Assembly (NCBI GenBank): GCA_964016885.1
Contig: OZ024752.1
Location: 27,032,001-27,096,000, forward strand
Source of the DNA: Eledone cirrhosa
Taxonomy: Eukaryota
Direction: 5' to 3'
DNA length: 64,000 bases
Part shown: positions 29,784-41,700 of the stretch, one piece after another
Numbering within the stretch: position 1 is the stretch's first letter
Layout of the letters: every line of letters starts with the position of its first letter
The notes under the pieces: generated by a model
What the model saw: only the letters and a program-made list of their open reading frames with translations
Told to the model about the DNA's origin: nothing
Database searches by the model: none
Program-made: the position numbers and the translations under genes

Positions 29784-29986
29784 ATAGGAACCAGTAAGAC
29801 CCCGACAGCTGAGCTCAAGCCGTTTCGACGGCTAATTCTGGACTAATGAGTCCAGAATTAGCCGTCGAAACGGCTTGAGCTCAGCTGTCGGGGTCTTACT
29901 GGTTCCTATTACCTACTCTACTACCTCAAGTATTGAGTACTTTGGTGCGTTATGGTCCACATGGTTCCTTACCACATTTCCTTCGT
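29784..29986 (+). mobile_element. Half-hammerhead fold-back element (family D)
   Basis: Perfect 61-bp arms at 29784-29844 and 29849-29909 with loop AATG. GAAA-CGGC TTGAGCTCA GCTG-TC/GGGG. Tail to 29986; (AT)n on both sides. Confidence 0.8.
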
Positions 29987-30148
29987 TATATATATATATA
30001 TATTTTGAGTTTATGTTGGTTGTATACCAACACCTCAGTATGCAGGCTGGAGCACTCGACGAAGTACGCAGGTTGGTTTGCTTACTCCGGAGTAGTGTAA
30101 AATAAAGTTAAATAAAAGTCAAATGATTAAAATTTAGCTTCGTTTATT

Positions 30149-30203
30149 ACTGCTATATATATTTCAGTGACAGCCATCTTTGGCTGTGACCTCTTCAGGC
30201 AGT
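30149..30203 (-). ncRNA. Minimal type I hammerhead ribozyme (family F)
   Basis: ACTGC-CTGAAGA-GGTCACAGCC AAAGAT GGCTGTCACT-GAAA-TATATA-TA/GCAGT. Confidence 0.9.
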
Positions 30204-31395
30204 TTGAATTGAAGTGTGGTATAGACAAGTACATATGTTGTTTAGGTGTATACTATTGTCAATACTCTGATATGCCCAGTTCCTTGTTTGGTTGTCAATT
30301 CACTGAGGAACTGGAGTCATATGAATTCAAACAAACGAATTTCAGTGTCAAAGGTCCCCTTCTCCTCTCATTGGTCAGTTATTAGAACATTCCTCATTCT
30401 AAGTGTTGTTATTGTTGGAGTTAGCTTAAAAATTGATCAAATGGTAGAGGGGACAAGGTGTTAAAGGAACAAAATAACAAGACAAGTGTCAAACTTCCCA
30501 TTGGTCAGTTCTGAGAGCATTCCTCAGTCAGAAGTCTATAGAATTCTTTCTGGGGTGAGGATCCCTGTAGTGTTTTTGCCTCCTATTGTTCAGTACATTT
30601 GACCTCCACCATTATTTTGGTACTGTTGTTAGTGTAGTGGTCAGCTTATATCTTGCTGCTGCTAAAAATTTAGAAGTATCCAGTTTGTGTTTTTTTCCTT
30701 CATCCCTCCTGCCACCATCGTAGTGGTGGGGGAGGGGTTCTTCCCATGTATATGAAGAAATATAAGGCAATAAATGAAGAAAACAGAAAATAAATAAATA
30801 ATATAATAAAATAATTAATATAATTTGTGTAATTTGAAAATAAATAAATAGAGAATAAAGAATAAAGAATAAATGAGAGATTGGTGAAAAAGTAATGAAA
30901 ATGAATATGGAGAAGTGAAAAATAATGTAGGATAAAGTGTGTGTGTGCTATAACCAATCTCATGGTCAGAATATGTTGGATAGATTGGTATGAGACAAGA
31001 TGTTAAGATGAGATATTCAAACTAAATGTGTTTGTGTTATAATCCATCTCAACTTAAAATAAATATAAGGTGATACAGTGAAGAGGGCAGAAAACAAATA
31101 ACAAATTAATAAAGAGAAATCAAGATTTAAGATTGGAACTTGAAAGTCAGAAATCTGGTAAATTAAAAGTGTTTGTGTTATAAATGTTGGCCAAATTATT
31201 ATGGCTGTGTCCGATTCTAACTCTAGGCTATCATGGTGTCTGCTCCGCCTGGGTTGTTCCCTGTGGCTTGAGAGGAGTTCACAACCTAGGGTGTTGTTAT
31301 TGCCCATATAGCTTGAGGGAGGTCTGGCCGAGAGGTGTTTTTATGTTCAGTAGAAGTCCCTATAGCTTGAGGGGAGTTCACATCTTCTTGTGTTG

Positions 31396-32840
31396 CTACT
31401 GTCCATATATCTTGAGAAAGGTCCCGGCTCTAAGGTGTCTGCATGTCCCGAAGAAGTCGGTTCTGAGGTTTATCAGGCCGCTTTCACCTCTTAGTATCTC
31501 GAGGGTCTCGTTCAGGCATAGTTTGCATATGCAAGATCCCCCTTTATCGGGTGGTACTTTCCTGATTATGTACCAGGCCAGAGAGTATGGGGTCCTGTCC
31601 AACTTAAGCTTCCAGATCAGGTCGGAGAGAGCTGTGCTTTTCCTTTTGGCCTCCTTCTTGAATGAATGGCGATGGTTGTACCAGCGGTCCTTAAAGCTCG
31701 TTGGTGTTGCTCCTATGTAGAGGTGTTCGGAGTTGGGGGTTTTAACCCTACAACCGTACACTAGGTTCTTCTTGAGACATTCATTACCAATGGGTATGAT
31801 TCGGGGTTTCTGCAGTTGCAGAGGGTGGTCGGCCTCTGCGTGCCTAGATTAGGGTTCTCGTTATGTGTTACATGTTGGTCTTCCCCCATGCTCGGTGGGG
31901 GGGGGGGTCCTCGGGTCTGTTTGTGTTTCTTGGGTGGGCTCTGGGACCCCCCTTCCCTCCTTTCACATGGTTCTGCTGAGTGTTTGTATTGCCATCTTCT
32001 GGTTGTGTGTGGTTTTTAAGCCTACTTCTGTTGATCCTAGCTATGTGGTGGGCCAAATTTCTCGTGGTGGAATACGAAAGCTTCACAGTGTGTCTGTTGA
32101 AGATCCTGTGGTATATGTGGTCCCTCGGGAAGCATTTGTCAAGTGCTCCAAAGAATAATCGGGCCAAGCTTTTCTTTAGGGCCGCTGAGTAGGGTGGGTT
32201 GTACCACGTGATTTGTCGGTGTCTCCTCCTATATGTGTGGGTCGGGGGCTTCGTGATTTGTTGGAGATTTGTTGGGTTGCTTGTGGTTTCCGCACTGTTG
32301 CTTCCCCTTTGGGCTCTATGCTTTTTGTTATCTTCGCGGCCCGGATTTGTGGTGTGGTCGTTGGCCGCCCCGGGAGATAGATCGTGGGGTGGTCGCCCGT
32401 CCCCCCCCCCACGTGTCCTGAGGTTGGGGTCGTCCGTCCTGGGGTGGTTAGCGTCACGCCTGAGACTGTTACTCATATTGTGCTCCATCTCGTGGTCAAG
32501 CGCACTAGTCCCCACCGCCCGTGTGGTGGTATCTGGTACATGGTGCCTATTTGATTCTGCTCTGCCTGTATTGTTAATGTTCGCCCTCCCCCCTCTGGCA
32601 ACGCGGTTGTGGGTGTCTGTTGGGCTATCCAACTCCCGGCTTTTCGGACTATATGTTATATTTTGTCCATGTGCCGCCTTCTTTAGAGCTGCGTTGTAAT
32701 ATTCCGCGTGGTTGTTGAATATTTCCTTACTTGCGGATAGGCTGGAGATCCTGTCCGAGACACTCTTCACCACTGCCTTGGTTATGGATCTAGAGTGGTT
32801 TGATTTGGTTATGGATCTAGGGTGGTTTGATTTGGCGTTA
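31396..32840 (-). pseudogene. Penelope-like ORF 3' part: RT thumb, linker and GIY-YIG endonuclease (frameshifted)
   Basis: SNHPRSI, RISSLS, ITWYNPPY, IFNRHTVKLSYS, CNCR, VYGC..YIGAT..FKDRWYNH, CKLC, CRH; collinear with 61123-63004. Confidence 0.9.
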
Positions 32841-32915
32841 ACTGGGCATATTAGAGTATTGACAATATTATACACCTAAACAACATATGTACTTGTCTAT
32901 ACCATACTAATTCAA

Positions 32916-32970
32916 ACTGCCTGAAGAGGTCACAGCCAAAGATGGCTGTCACTGAAATATATATAGCAGT
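32916..32970 (+). ncRNA. Minimal type I hammerhead ribozyme (family F, inverted pseudo-LTR copy)
   Basis: Identical motif to 30149-30203 on the opposite strand. Confidence 0.9.
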
Positions 32971-33028
32971 AATAAACGAAGCTAAATTTTAATCATTTGA
33001 CTTTTATTTAACTTTATTTTATATATAT

Positions 33029-33920
33029 ACTAGCAGTAAAGCCCGGCGTTGCTCGGGGTCGCTCAGTAGCTGTGTTAAAGTTACAATGTTAAGTTTCTTT
33101 CTTGGCTTAAAAACTGTAGTGTCTACTGTGCAGACTTGCATGTGGTGTTTTTGATTAATATTCCCTCAACCAACAATATGCCTTATGAAGTTAAGAAAAC
33201 ATAACGATAACCCGAATGTTATAACAAAAGAGGATGCTGGGGATAGAAACTGCACTGGTTATTTATTAACAAAGATCGAAAATGTAAACACTGCAACGCA
33301 GAGAAAAACATTAGCGTAACCAAATTATCAGTTATGTCTGTCTGCACGCCTATATCACCTCTCTGCACGACTGTCTGTCTGCACGCCTATATCACCTCTC
33401 TGCACGACTATCTGTCTGCACGCGTATATCACCTCTCTGCACGACTGTCTGTCTGCACGCCTAACGACGAAATATTTGCTTGTTTTACGTAGTCTTTAAA
33501 TAGAGTTGTTTTCAAGTAAAAATATTGTTTTAAAATGCTTTTAAATGGAAATGAAGCAAAACGGAAGCTTAGTGTTCGAACTGATGAATTTTGCAGGTCA
33601 ATATTTTGCTGGCTCGACGACAACTGTTCGTGTATTGTGTTAATGTCATTTTAAACGCTGAGAAAGCCAGCGTAATTTTTTACGTAAGACGCTCAATGTA
33701 AACAGAACAAAGGGAAATAACTGTTAACTTACGCTCAAAAATCGATACATTATATTCGATTTCGTCACATAGGGTGGGTCAATTTGAAATATTTTTTTTC
33801 CGATGTCTTCGCTAGGGCTCAATGTACAAGTATAGCAATTTCGGTGCAATTCCGTCAGAGATTCTAAGAGGAGATGTGTGCCAAAAATCGATAGACAGAC
33901 AGACAACCACAGTTTTATAT
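33029..33920 (-). mobile_element. Non-autonomous Helitron
   Basis: Minus 5' TATATAAAACTGTGGTTGTCTGTCTGTC; 3' hairpin CCCGAGCAACGCCGGG followed by CTTTACTG-CTAG-T. Confidence 0.75.
33335..33463. repeat. 37-bp minisatellite x3.5 inside the Helitron
   Basis: Unit TGTCTGTCTGCACGCCTATATCACCTCTCTGCACGAC. Confidence 0.93.
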
Positions 33921-33975
33921 ATATATATATATATACGTCGTGTAGACGCGTTCTTGAGACTAGTAAAATGAGGTA

Positions 33976-34063
33976 TCCTCTTGATAAGTTGGCAGACCTC
34001 GCAGGGACTCTATATCTTTGATATATTGTTTTTGTTTATGCCACGAAACTACGTAGTCGAGGA
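33976..34063 (+). ncRNA. Hammerhead ribozyme with U3-A8 core (family G)
   Basis: TCCTC-TTGATAA-GTTGGCA...TGCCAC-GAAA-CTACGTAG-TC/GAGGA; predicted cut after 34058. Confidence 0.8.
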
Positions 34064-34566
34064 ATTTAGGAGCAGTTTAGGTATGATACATTTTATTACT
34101 AATTATATCTAAATGTTTCTTCTCTCTTCATAATGTATTTTTAACTCTGCTACTGGTTCAGTCTGGTTCAAACTGAATTGGTCTGTCCCAGTCATTCATT
34201 GAGCAACATCGGTGAAGTTGGCACCCTTAACTCACAGTTGGGTGCGGATGCATTCATGTATATAAGTGTGTGTCCGCATGTATCTGTGTGTTTCTAAATA
34301 TATTAATAACTCCCTCTGGTCGAGCAATCTTTGAAGTGTGGGGACAACTGGAAAGCTTCCATTACTCATACTTCTCGCCTTCTTCACTACCTCTTCTACG
34401 GCCTCGATATGAATACCCCCTCCGCCTCCGTGGTATTTTCTTCGTGGTTATAAGAGGTTTAGCTCTGTTTCTCGACCGTTATATCGCGTGACTATCTCCC
34501 CCTCCGCCTTTTGGGATTCTTTCTCACGTCGTGTAGACGCGTTCTTGAGACTAGTAAAATGAGGTA

Positions 34567-34654
34567 TCCTCTTGATAAGTTGGCAGACCTCGCAGGGACT
34601 CTATATCTTTGATATATTGTTTTTGTTTATGCCACGAAACTACGTAGTCGAGGA
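34567..34654 (+). ncRNA. Hammerhead ribozyme with U3-A8 core (family G, second copy)
   Basis: Identical motif; predicted cut after 34649. Confidence 0.8.
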
Positions 34655-34888
34655 ATTTAGGAGCAGTTTAGGTATGTTACATTTTATTACTAATTATATC
34701 TAAATGTTTCTTCTCTCTTCATAATGTATTTTTAACTCTGATACTGGTTCAGTCTGGTTCAAACTGAATTGGTCTGTCCCAGTCATTCATTGAGCAACAT
34801 CGGTGAAGTTGGCACCCTTAACTCACAGTTGGGTGCGGATGCATTCATGTATATATGTGTGTGTCCGCATGTATCTGTGTGTTTCTAA

Positions 34889-34987
<99 letters not shown>

Positions 34988-35033
34988 CGTAAAATAAGAA
35001 AATTATAAGATTAACTTACTTACTAAAATATCA

Positions 35034-35113
35034 CTTCCAACTAATTAGTTTCTGGAATGGAATAAATATATTTTCCAAAGAAAACATGGAGAATCATTCC
35101 GTCGTCAGGGAAG
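35034..35113 (-). ncRNA. Type I hammerhead ribozyme (family H)
   Basis: CTTCC-CTGACGA-CGGAATG...CATTCCA-GAAA-CTAATTAG-TT/GGAAG; C-A mismatch at the base of stem II. Confidence 0.8.
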
Positions 35114-35311
35114 ACTATTATCATCTAAGTATCCAGGCAAAGCGTGGACTCTGGAAACTTATTAAAAAATAATTCAGTGGATAGAGAATAGCAAAGCGTG
35201 GACTGAATTCCTAGCCATTGAGAAAATCACTGCCTCTGCGTCGGTGGCAAATTCAAAAAGAATCAATCACGTGACATCGAGGTCAATCAGTGGAAATTGG
35301 TTTGCTAATAA

Positions 35312-35562
35312 GACAGCGGAGACACAGAGAAGACTGAGGTTGGCTGGACATGCTCACCGACATCCAGAGTTGACATTGCACTCAGTGCTCCTTTGGGAGC
35401 CCCTACATGGGCACACTAGAAGAGGAAGACCAAGGTTAACATATGTTGATGCCCTAAGGACAGACACTGGTCTGTTGGAGATGCAGGATATGGCAGCGAT
35501 AATGAGGGACAGAGACCGCTGGAGAGAACTCGTCCATGGATCTCGGGAATTTTACCCGTCTT

Positions 35563-35564
<2 letters not shown>
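35312..35564 (+). mobile_element. RTE-type LINE 3' fragment
   Basis: [38 protein letters not shown] followed directly by (AT)n. Confidence 0.85.
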
Positions 35565-35601
<37 letters not shown>

Positions 35602-35655
35602 TATATATAAATATATATATATACTTATATATATGTATATATATATGTATATATG

Positions 35656-35700
<45 letters not shown>

Positions 35701-35717
35701 GTATATATATATATATG

Positions 35718-35766
<49 letters not shown>

Positions 35767-35861
35767 GTGTATATATATATGTGTATATATATATATGTGT
35801 ATATATATATGTGTATATATATATGTATATATGTATGTGTATATATATATGTATATATATA

Positions 35862-35918
<57 letters not shown>

Positions 35919-35969
35919 GTATATATATATATGTATATATATATGTATATATATATGTATATATATATG
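35565..35969. repeat. (AT)n/(ATGT)n microsatellite
   Basis: Visible tract. Confidence 0.95.
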
Positions 35970-37024
35970 AATACAATAACAGAGATAGTTTAAAGCTATT
36001 CTCTGACTGGTAACCATCTCACTCAACAAACATTAGATTATATTTTAATATAAACCCAATTTAAGTGTTTGGGGTGCTATAATATGTATTATGTGGAAAA
36101 GCCAGTTGTATTATTTTATGAGATATAATTAAAGTTAAAATATATCTCTCTTTCCAAATAATTGTTTCATTATAAGTTTTCTACAATCTCTGAGAATATT
36201 TCCAGTTTATGTAGAAGCCTAAAATACATTCATGTTAGAATATATTTAGGTGGGCGCTTATAAATCATCAGTGAAAGCCCATTAAACTTTGATATAAGAA
36301 AAAAAAAAAAAAAAATTTTCTTACCGCAGTTAAAATTCGTGTCTGTTTAAGTGGCTCCTTCCCGCATCGAATGACCGGCAAATTTGAAATTCCAGCAGTT
36401 TTTGACTGAGGAAGTATTATAGCGTCACTAAGCGGGAAGGGGAGACAACTACGATCCACGAAAGGAGGAAAAAATAATATACACGCGGGTTAATTAGTTT
36501 TTTCGAAAACATTATTAATCTAACGTGTTAAGAACTCAATTGAAATTAAAAAAATAAATATATGCGTGTATAAATTACACACGCATATAGATATTTTCTT
36601 AGGCTAAAATCAGAGGTTGTACCTGAATAAGAAACCGCATCTCGTAACCATAGTAAACACGGAAAGTTATGCTTTAAAGGGCAAATGGGAATGTAAATCT
36701 CCGGCCGAATTAAGAGTAAAATATAAAACACACGCGGGTTAATTAGTTATTTCAAAACCAATATCAGTTCCTCGTGTAAAGAACTCAATTAATTTAAAAA
36801 AATAAATGTATGCATGTAATTATATACATAGGCATATATATATTTTCTTAGGCTAAAAAACAGAGAAGTTACAACCAATAAAAACCACAATATCGCACAA
36901 CAGTAATAAATACGGAAAGTCAAATTTATAAGGTACCTGGAAATAAACACCTCTGGCCAATCAAGAGTAAAATATTAATACAATAACAGAGATAGTTTAA
37001 AGCTATTCTCTGACTGGTAACCAT
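35970..37024 (-). mobile_element. HHR-bearing non-coding element, 1007-bp unit plus 48-bp terminal redundancy
   Basis: 35970-36017 = 36977-37024; internal ~249-bp diverged duplication (36481/36730); diverged sister at ~42845-43135 (+). Confidence 0.75.
36152..36276 (-). ncRNA. Hammerhead motif with very long stem II (family I)
   Basis: TTTCA-CTGATGA-TTTATAAG..(about 95 nt in total)..CTTATAAT-GAAA-CAATTA-TT/TGGAA. The sister copy has GAAA-CGATCG-TA/TGGAA at 42932-42948. Confidence 0.65.
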
Positions 37025-37059
37025 GTATGTGTATATATATATATGTATATATATATATG

Positions 37060-37090
<31 letters not shown>

Positions 37091-37103
37091 GTATATATAT
37101 ATG

Positions 37104-37134
<31 letters not shown>

Positions 37135-37395
37135 GTGTATGTATATATATGTACATATATATATGTGTGTATCTATATATATGTATATATATATGTGTAT
37201 GTATATATATGTATATATATGTGTATGTATATATATGTATATATATATATGCGTATCTATATATATGTATATATATATATATGTGTATGTATATATATGT
37301 ATGTATGTATATGTATATGTATGTATGTATATGTATATATATATATGTATGTATATATATATAGGTATATGTATATATATATATATAAGTATATG

Positions 37396-37426
<31 letters not shown>

Positions 37427-37481
37427 GTATATATATATGTATGTATATATATGTGTATGTATGTATATATATATATGTATG

Positions 37482-37514
<33 letters not shown>

Positions 37515-38051
37515 GTATGTATATATATATATATATATATGTATGTATATATATATATATATATATGTATGTATATATATATATATGTATGTATATATAT
37601 ATGTATGTATATATATATGTATATATATATGTATGCATATATATATGTATGTATATATATATGTATGTATATATGTATGTATATGTATATGTATGTATAT
37701 ATATATATGTATGTATATATATATGTATGTATATATATATGTATGTATGTATATATGTGTGTATATATATATATATATGTATGTGTATATATATATATAT
37801 ATGTGTGTATATATGTATATATATATATATATGTATGTGTATATGTATGTGTATATATATATGTATGTGTATATATATATGTATGTATATATATATATAT
37901 ATATGTATGTGTGTATATATATATGTATGTGTGTATATATATATATGTATGTGTATATATATATATATGTATGTGTATATATATATATGTATGTGTATAT
38001 ATATATATGTATGTGTATATATATATATATGTGTATATATATATATGTATG

Positions 38052-38084
<33 letters not shown>

Positions 38085-38123
38085 GTATGTATGTATATAT
38101 ATATCTATATATATATATGTATG

Positions 38124-38160
<37 letters not shown>

Positions 38161-38505
38161 GTATATATATGTATGAATATGTATGTAGATATATGTATGT
38201 ATATATATATATATGTATGTATGTAGATATATGTATGTATATATATATATGTATGTATGTAGATATATGTATGTATATGTGTATATGTATGTATATATAT
38301 ACATATGTATGTATATATATATATGTATGTATATAGATATATGTGTATGTATATATATATATATATATGTATGTATATATATATATGTATGTATGTATGT
38401 ATATATGTATATATATATGTATGTATGTATGTATATATGTATATATATATATGTATGTATGTATATATGTATGTATATATATATGTATGTGTATATATAT
38501 ATGTA
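37025..38505. repeat. 1.5-kb (AT)n/(ATGT)n microsatellite
   Basis: Visible tract. Confidence 0.97.
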
Positions 38506-39233
38506 ACTTTGAATAACTTTGAAATGTTTTGGCCAGTATTGGCCCAGGCCATGTCTAACTTAATAGCACCACCTGGCGAAGTCTTTCAATTCAGGATTTG
38601 GGCACCATGGCCCATTCGAGAAGAGAATTACTGTTTACGGAGACATCCGGGTCTGGGTGGTTTGTCCGGGATTACTTGGAGGAATTTGTCCAAAGACTTC
38701 TTGAATTTTGTGTGGTCAGTTTCTGTTTTGACGTGTCCTGGTGTGATGTTGAAGAGAGCAGGGCCGATTGAGGTGAAATAATTGTGCCGTATTGTTGTTA
38801 TGAGTTGCGATTTAGATTTTTGAATGGGACGGATAGCACGGGGCCCAAGCCTTGGGTGTATCTTGAAGGCGATGCCAACATCATTTGGGCAGTGATGATG
38901 GAACATTTTCCACATCATGCAGATAATATAACGCTCACGGCGACGTTGGAGTGAGTAAAGTTTCAGGTTTTCTAATCGACCCCAGTAGTCAAGGTCTGAC
39001 ATGCCATCTATCTTTTTCGTGATTGCCCTTTGAGGAGCTTCAAGTTTCATGATACTTTGTTTCGTGTGGGGAGACCACAGTGGACAACAGTATTCAAGGT
39101 GTGGTCGGGCGAAAGTAGAGAAGAGAAGGATAATGGTGCGGGAATCTCTCGACTGGAAGGTTCTGAGGATCCAGGAACACATTCTGCGGGCCATGTCAAC
39201 TTTGCTGCTTATATGCGTGGTCCAGCTTATATT
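38506..39233 (-). mobile_element. CR1-clade LINE 3' fragment
   Basis: [47 protein letters not shown], plus 3' UTR ending in microsatellite. Confidence 0.9.
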
Positions 39234-39274
39234 GTATGTGTATATATGTATGTATGTATATATGTATGTATGTA

Positions 39275-39313
<39 letters not shown>

Positions 39314-39452
39314 ATATGCATGTATGTATGTATGTATATATATATATGTATATATATATATGTATATATATATGTATATATATATATGTATATATATATA
39401 TGTATGTATATATATATGTATGTATGTATATATATATATGTATGTATGTATG

Positions 39453-39488
<36 letters not shown>

Positions 39489-39786
39489 TATGTATGTATA
39501 TATATGTGTATATATATATGTATATATATATATGTATACATGTATGTATATATTTATGTATGTATATATGTATGTATGTATATATGTATGTATGTATATA
39601 TGTATGTATGTATGTATATATGTATGTATGTATGTATATATGTATGTATATATGCATGTATGTATGTATGTATATATATATATGTATATATATATATGTA
39701 TATATATATGTATATATATATATGTATATATATATATGTATGTATATATATATGTATGTATATATATATGTATGTATGTATGTATG

Positions 39787-39822
<36 letters not shown>

Positions 39823-39938
39823 TATGTATGTATATATATGTGTATATATATATGTATATATATATATGTATACATGTATGTATATATTTATGTATGTATA
39901 TATGTATGTATGTATATATATATATATATGTATGTATG

Positions 39939-39969
<31 letters not shown>

Positions 39970-40160
39970 GTATGTATGTATATATATATATGTATGTATG
40001 TATATATATATATATGTATGTATGTATATATATGTATGTATGTATGTATGTATATGTATGTATGTATATATATGTATGTATGTATGTGTATGTATGTATA
40101 TATATTTATGTGTATGTATATATATGTATGTATGTATATATATATGTATGTATGTGTATG

Positions 40161-40219
<59 letters not shown>

Positions 40220-40220
40220 G

Positions 40221-40256
<36 letters not shown>

Positions 40257-40291
40257 TGTATGTATGTATGTATATATATATGTATGTATGT
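39234..40291. repeat. (ATGT)n/(AT)n microsatellite
   Basis: Visible tract. Confidence 0.97.
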
Positions 40292-40765
40292 AAAAACAAA
40301 ACCTGTCAAAGGGCAAAGGAGCTGTTAAGAGTCAATGGCCATCCAAAATTACCGGGAGAGATGACCCCTTAGCCTTTGTCAAGGCAGAATTCTAGGAGAA
40401 GGAAAACTCTGATATAACACCTGCAACCCTGATGGTATCCAATGATGTTGAATTGTTCTTCTTTTTGGTAAATATCATCTTGGTTAAGAGAGTGGGAATG
40501 GCTTTGTGCAGTGCCTTTGCTCACTATGAAAGCTTCACGGCACAGCCATTTCTTTATATCTGGAGAACTCTCTGCACTTGTCGTTACATGGTACCATGGG
40601 CCCAGCACTATGTGTCAATAATTGTCACAACTGTAGTGTTTGTACCAGAGTTTTCAAGTCGCTGGCTGGACTAAAAAGTCACACTCGTTCAGCGCATCGG
40701 TAGGGGTTCTCCTACATGGATATAAAGTATTGGCCGTACTCGAAAACGAGTTGGCAGCCACCATA
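40292..40765 (+). mobile_element. RTE/BovB-related short element (5'-UTR-like part + C-terminal Zn finger + 3' hairpin)
   Basis: TCTAGGAGAAGGAAAACTCTGA at 40391. 40632-40703 encodes CSVCTRVFKSLAGLKSHTRSAHR*. CTCG-AAAA-CGAG hairpin precedes an (AT) tail. Confidence 0.6.
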
Positions 40766-41170
40766 TATATAAAGACGATTCTAGACAGAGGAAAGAAACG
40801 CCATGTCAACCACTATTTGGAAAAGTTAATTGGATCACAATCAACCAAATATTAATTTCAACTCATCCGAAATACAAATAAATAGATACCTATAAAATGT
40901 TCTAACCAATTATCGCACAAAACCTGCGCTAACATATCGTATTTACATTAAAGCAACAGACGAAGAGATGTGAGTTTGACCTTCCCTGTTTGTTATAATT
41001 TTATTTTCTGACAGAATCATATAATTTGTTTGTAAGTTTCGCTTTCTATATATTTAAATCTTGCTGTAATTATCGTTATCGGTTCCGATAAAATATATAT
41101 CTTTACTTAAATCTACCTTGCTAACAACAAGTCATATCCGATCGATCCTTTAAGACCTTCACAGGGTTAC

Positions 41171-41210
41171 TCCCTTGATAATGGGTTTTTAAACCCGAAA
41201 ATATTTGGGA
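41171..41210 (+). ncRNA. Minimal hammerhead motif with U3-A8 core (family K)
   Basis: TCCC-TTGATAA-T-GGGTTT TT AAACCC-GAAA-ATAT-TT/GGGA. Confidence 0.65.
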
Positions 41211-41387
41211 TTGTTAAATTTGATAAGGTAAGATTCCATTGTTATCTTGGCAACTTTAGTTTCCTAATGCATTGAATGGCTTTTAAAATTATTTAAATTC
41301 ATATATCTTAAGTTCTAGGACCACTTTAATTGACTAATCCTCACCCTGGTAAAATGTGGCCTTGTTTCTATGTTAGAAACAATTATT

Positions 41388-41700
41388 ACGCCGGGGCAAC
41401 AGTCATCTTTTTGTTTGCGGAGACTCTGCTTCTGGCTTGACATCCAAGCGGATAGAAACGGTGATGATGCTACAAACGAGGCAGCCAGTTTTATTCGGAA
41501 ATGAGCTGCAAGAAAACCACACCCGAAAGACTTGGCAGAATGCGTTAACTTATACATCAAGTCCGTTATTTATTACTGGATAGTCATCGTATTTGTCATC
41601 AGTTTTCGCTGCGCCAAATAGAGTTTTTATGTTTAGTATTTCATCTTTGATAATTCAAGCTACGGGGTGTCATCTCAGTGGAAAAACGTTCCAACGGCAA
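41388..41700 (+). mobile_element. Old degenerate Tx1-like ORF2 fragment following a SINE 3' end
   Basis: DIQADRNGDDATNEAAS and AECVNLYIKSVIYYW align with DLQTDKNWDEVTSRVAS and AEVAIAYIASVIYYR of the 27019 ORF. Preceded by a SINE end AAACAATTATTA. Confidence 0.6.

Larger units (their letters stand above)
30001..33020 (-). mobile_element. 5'-truncated Penelope-like element with inverted pseudo-LTR
   Basis: 32841-33020 is the reverse complement of ~30098-30281, and the 3' copy has a further ~97-nt tail. RT C-terminus and GIY-YIG lie inside. Both ends abut (TA)n. Confidence 0.9.
33935..34896 (+). mobile_element. Retrozyme-like non-coding element, 1.6 units of 591 bp
   Basis: 33935-34305 is nearly identical to 34526-34896 (about 3 differences). 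One HHR per repeat, (AT)n on both sides, no ORF. Confidence 0.85.

Noticed and set aside
40632-40703. C2H2 finger as a host zinc-finger gene exon
   Set aside because: Single finger followed by a stop and an RTE-like 3' end, without TGEKP linkers.
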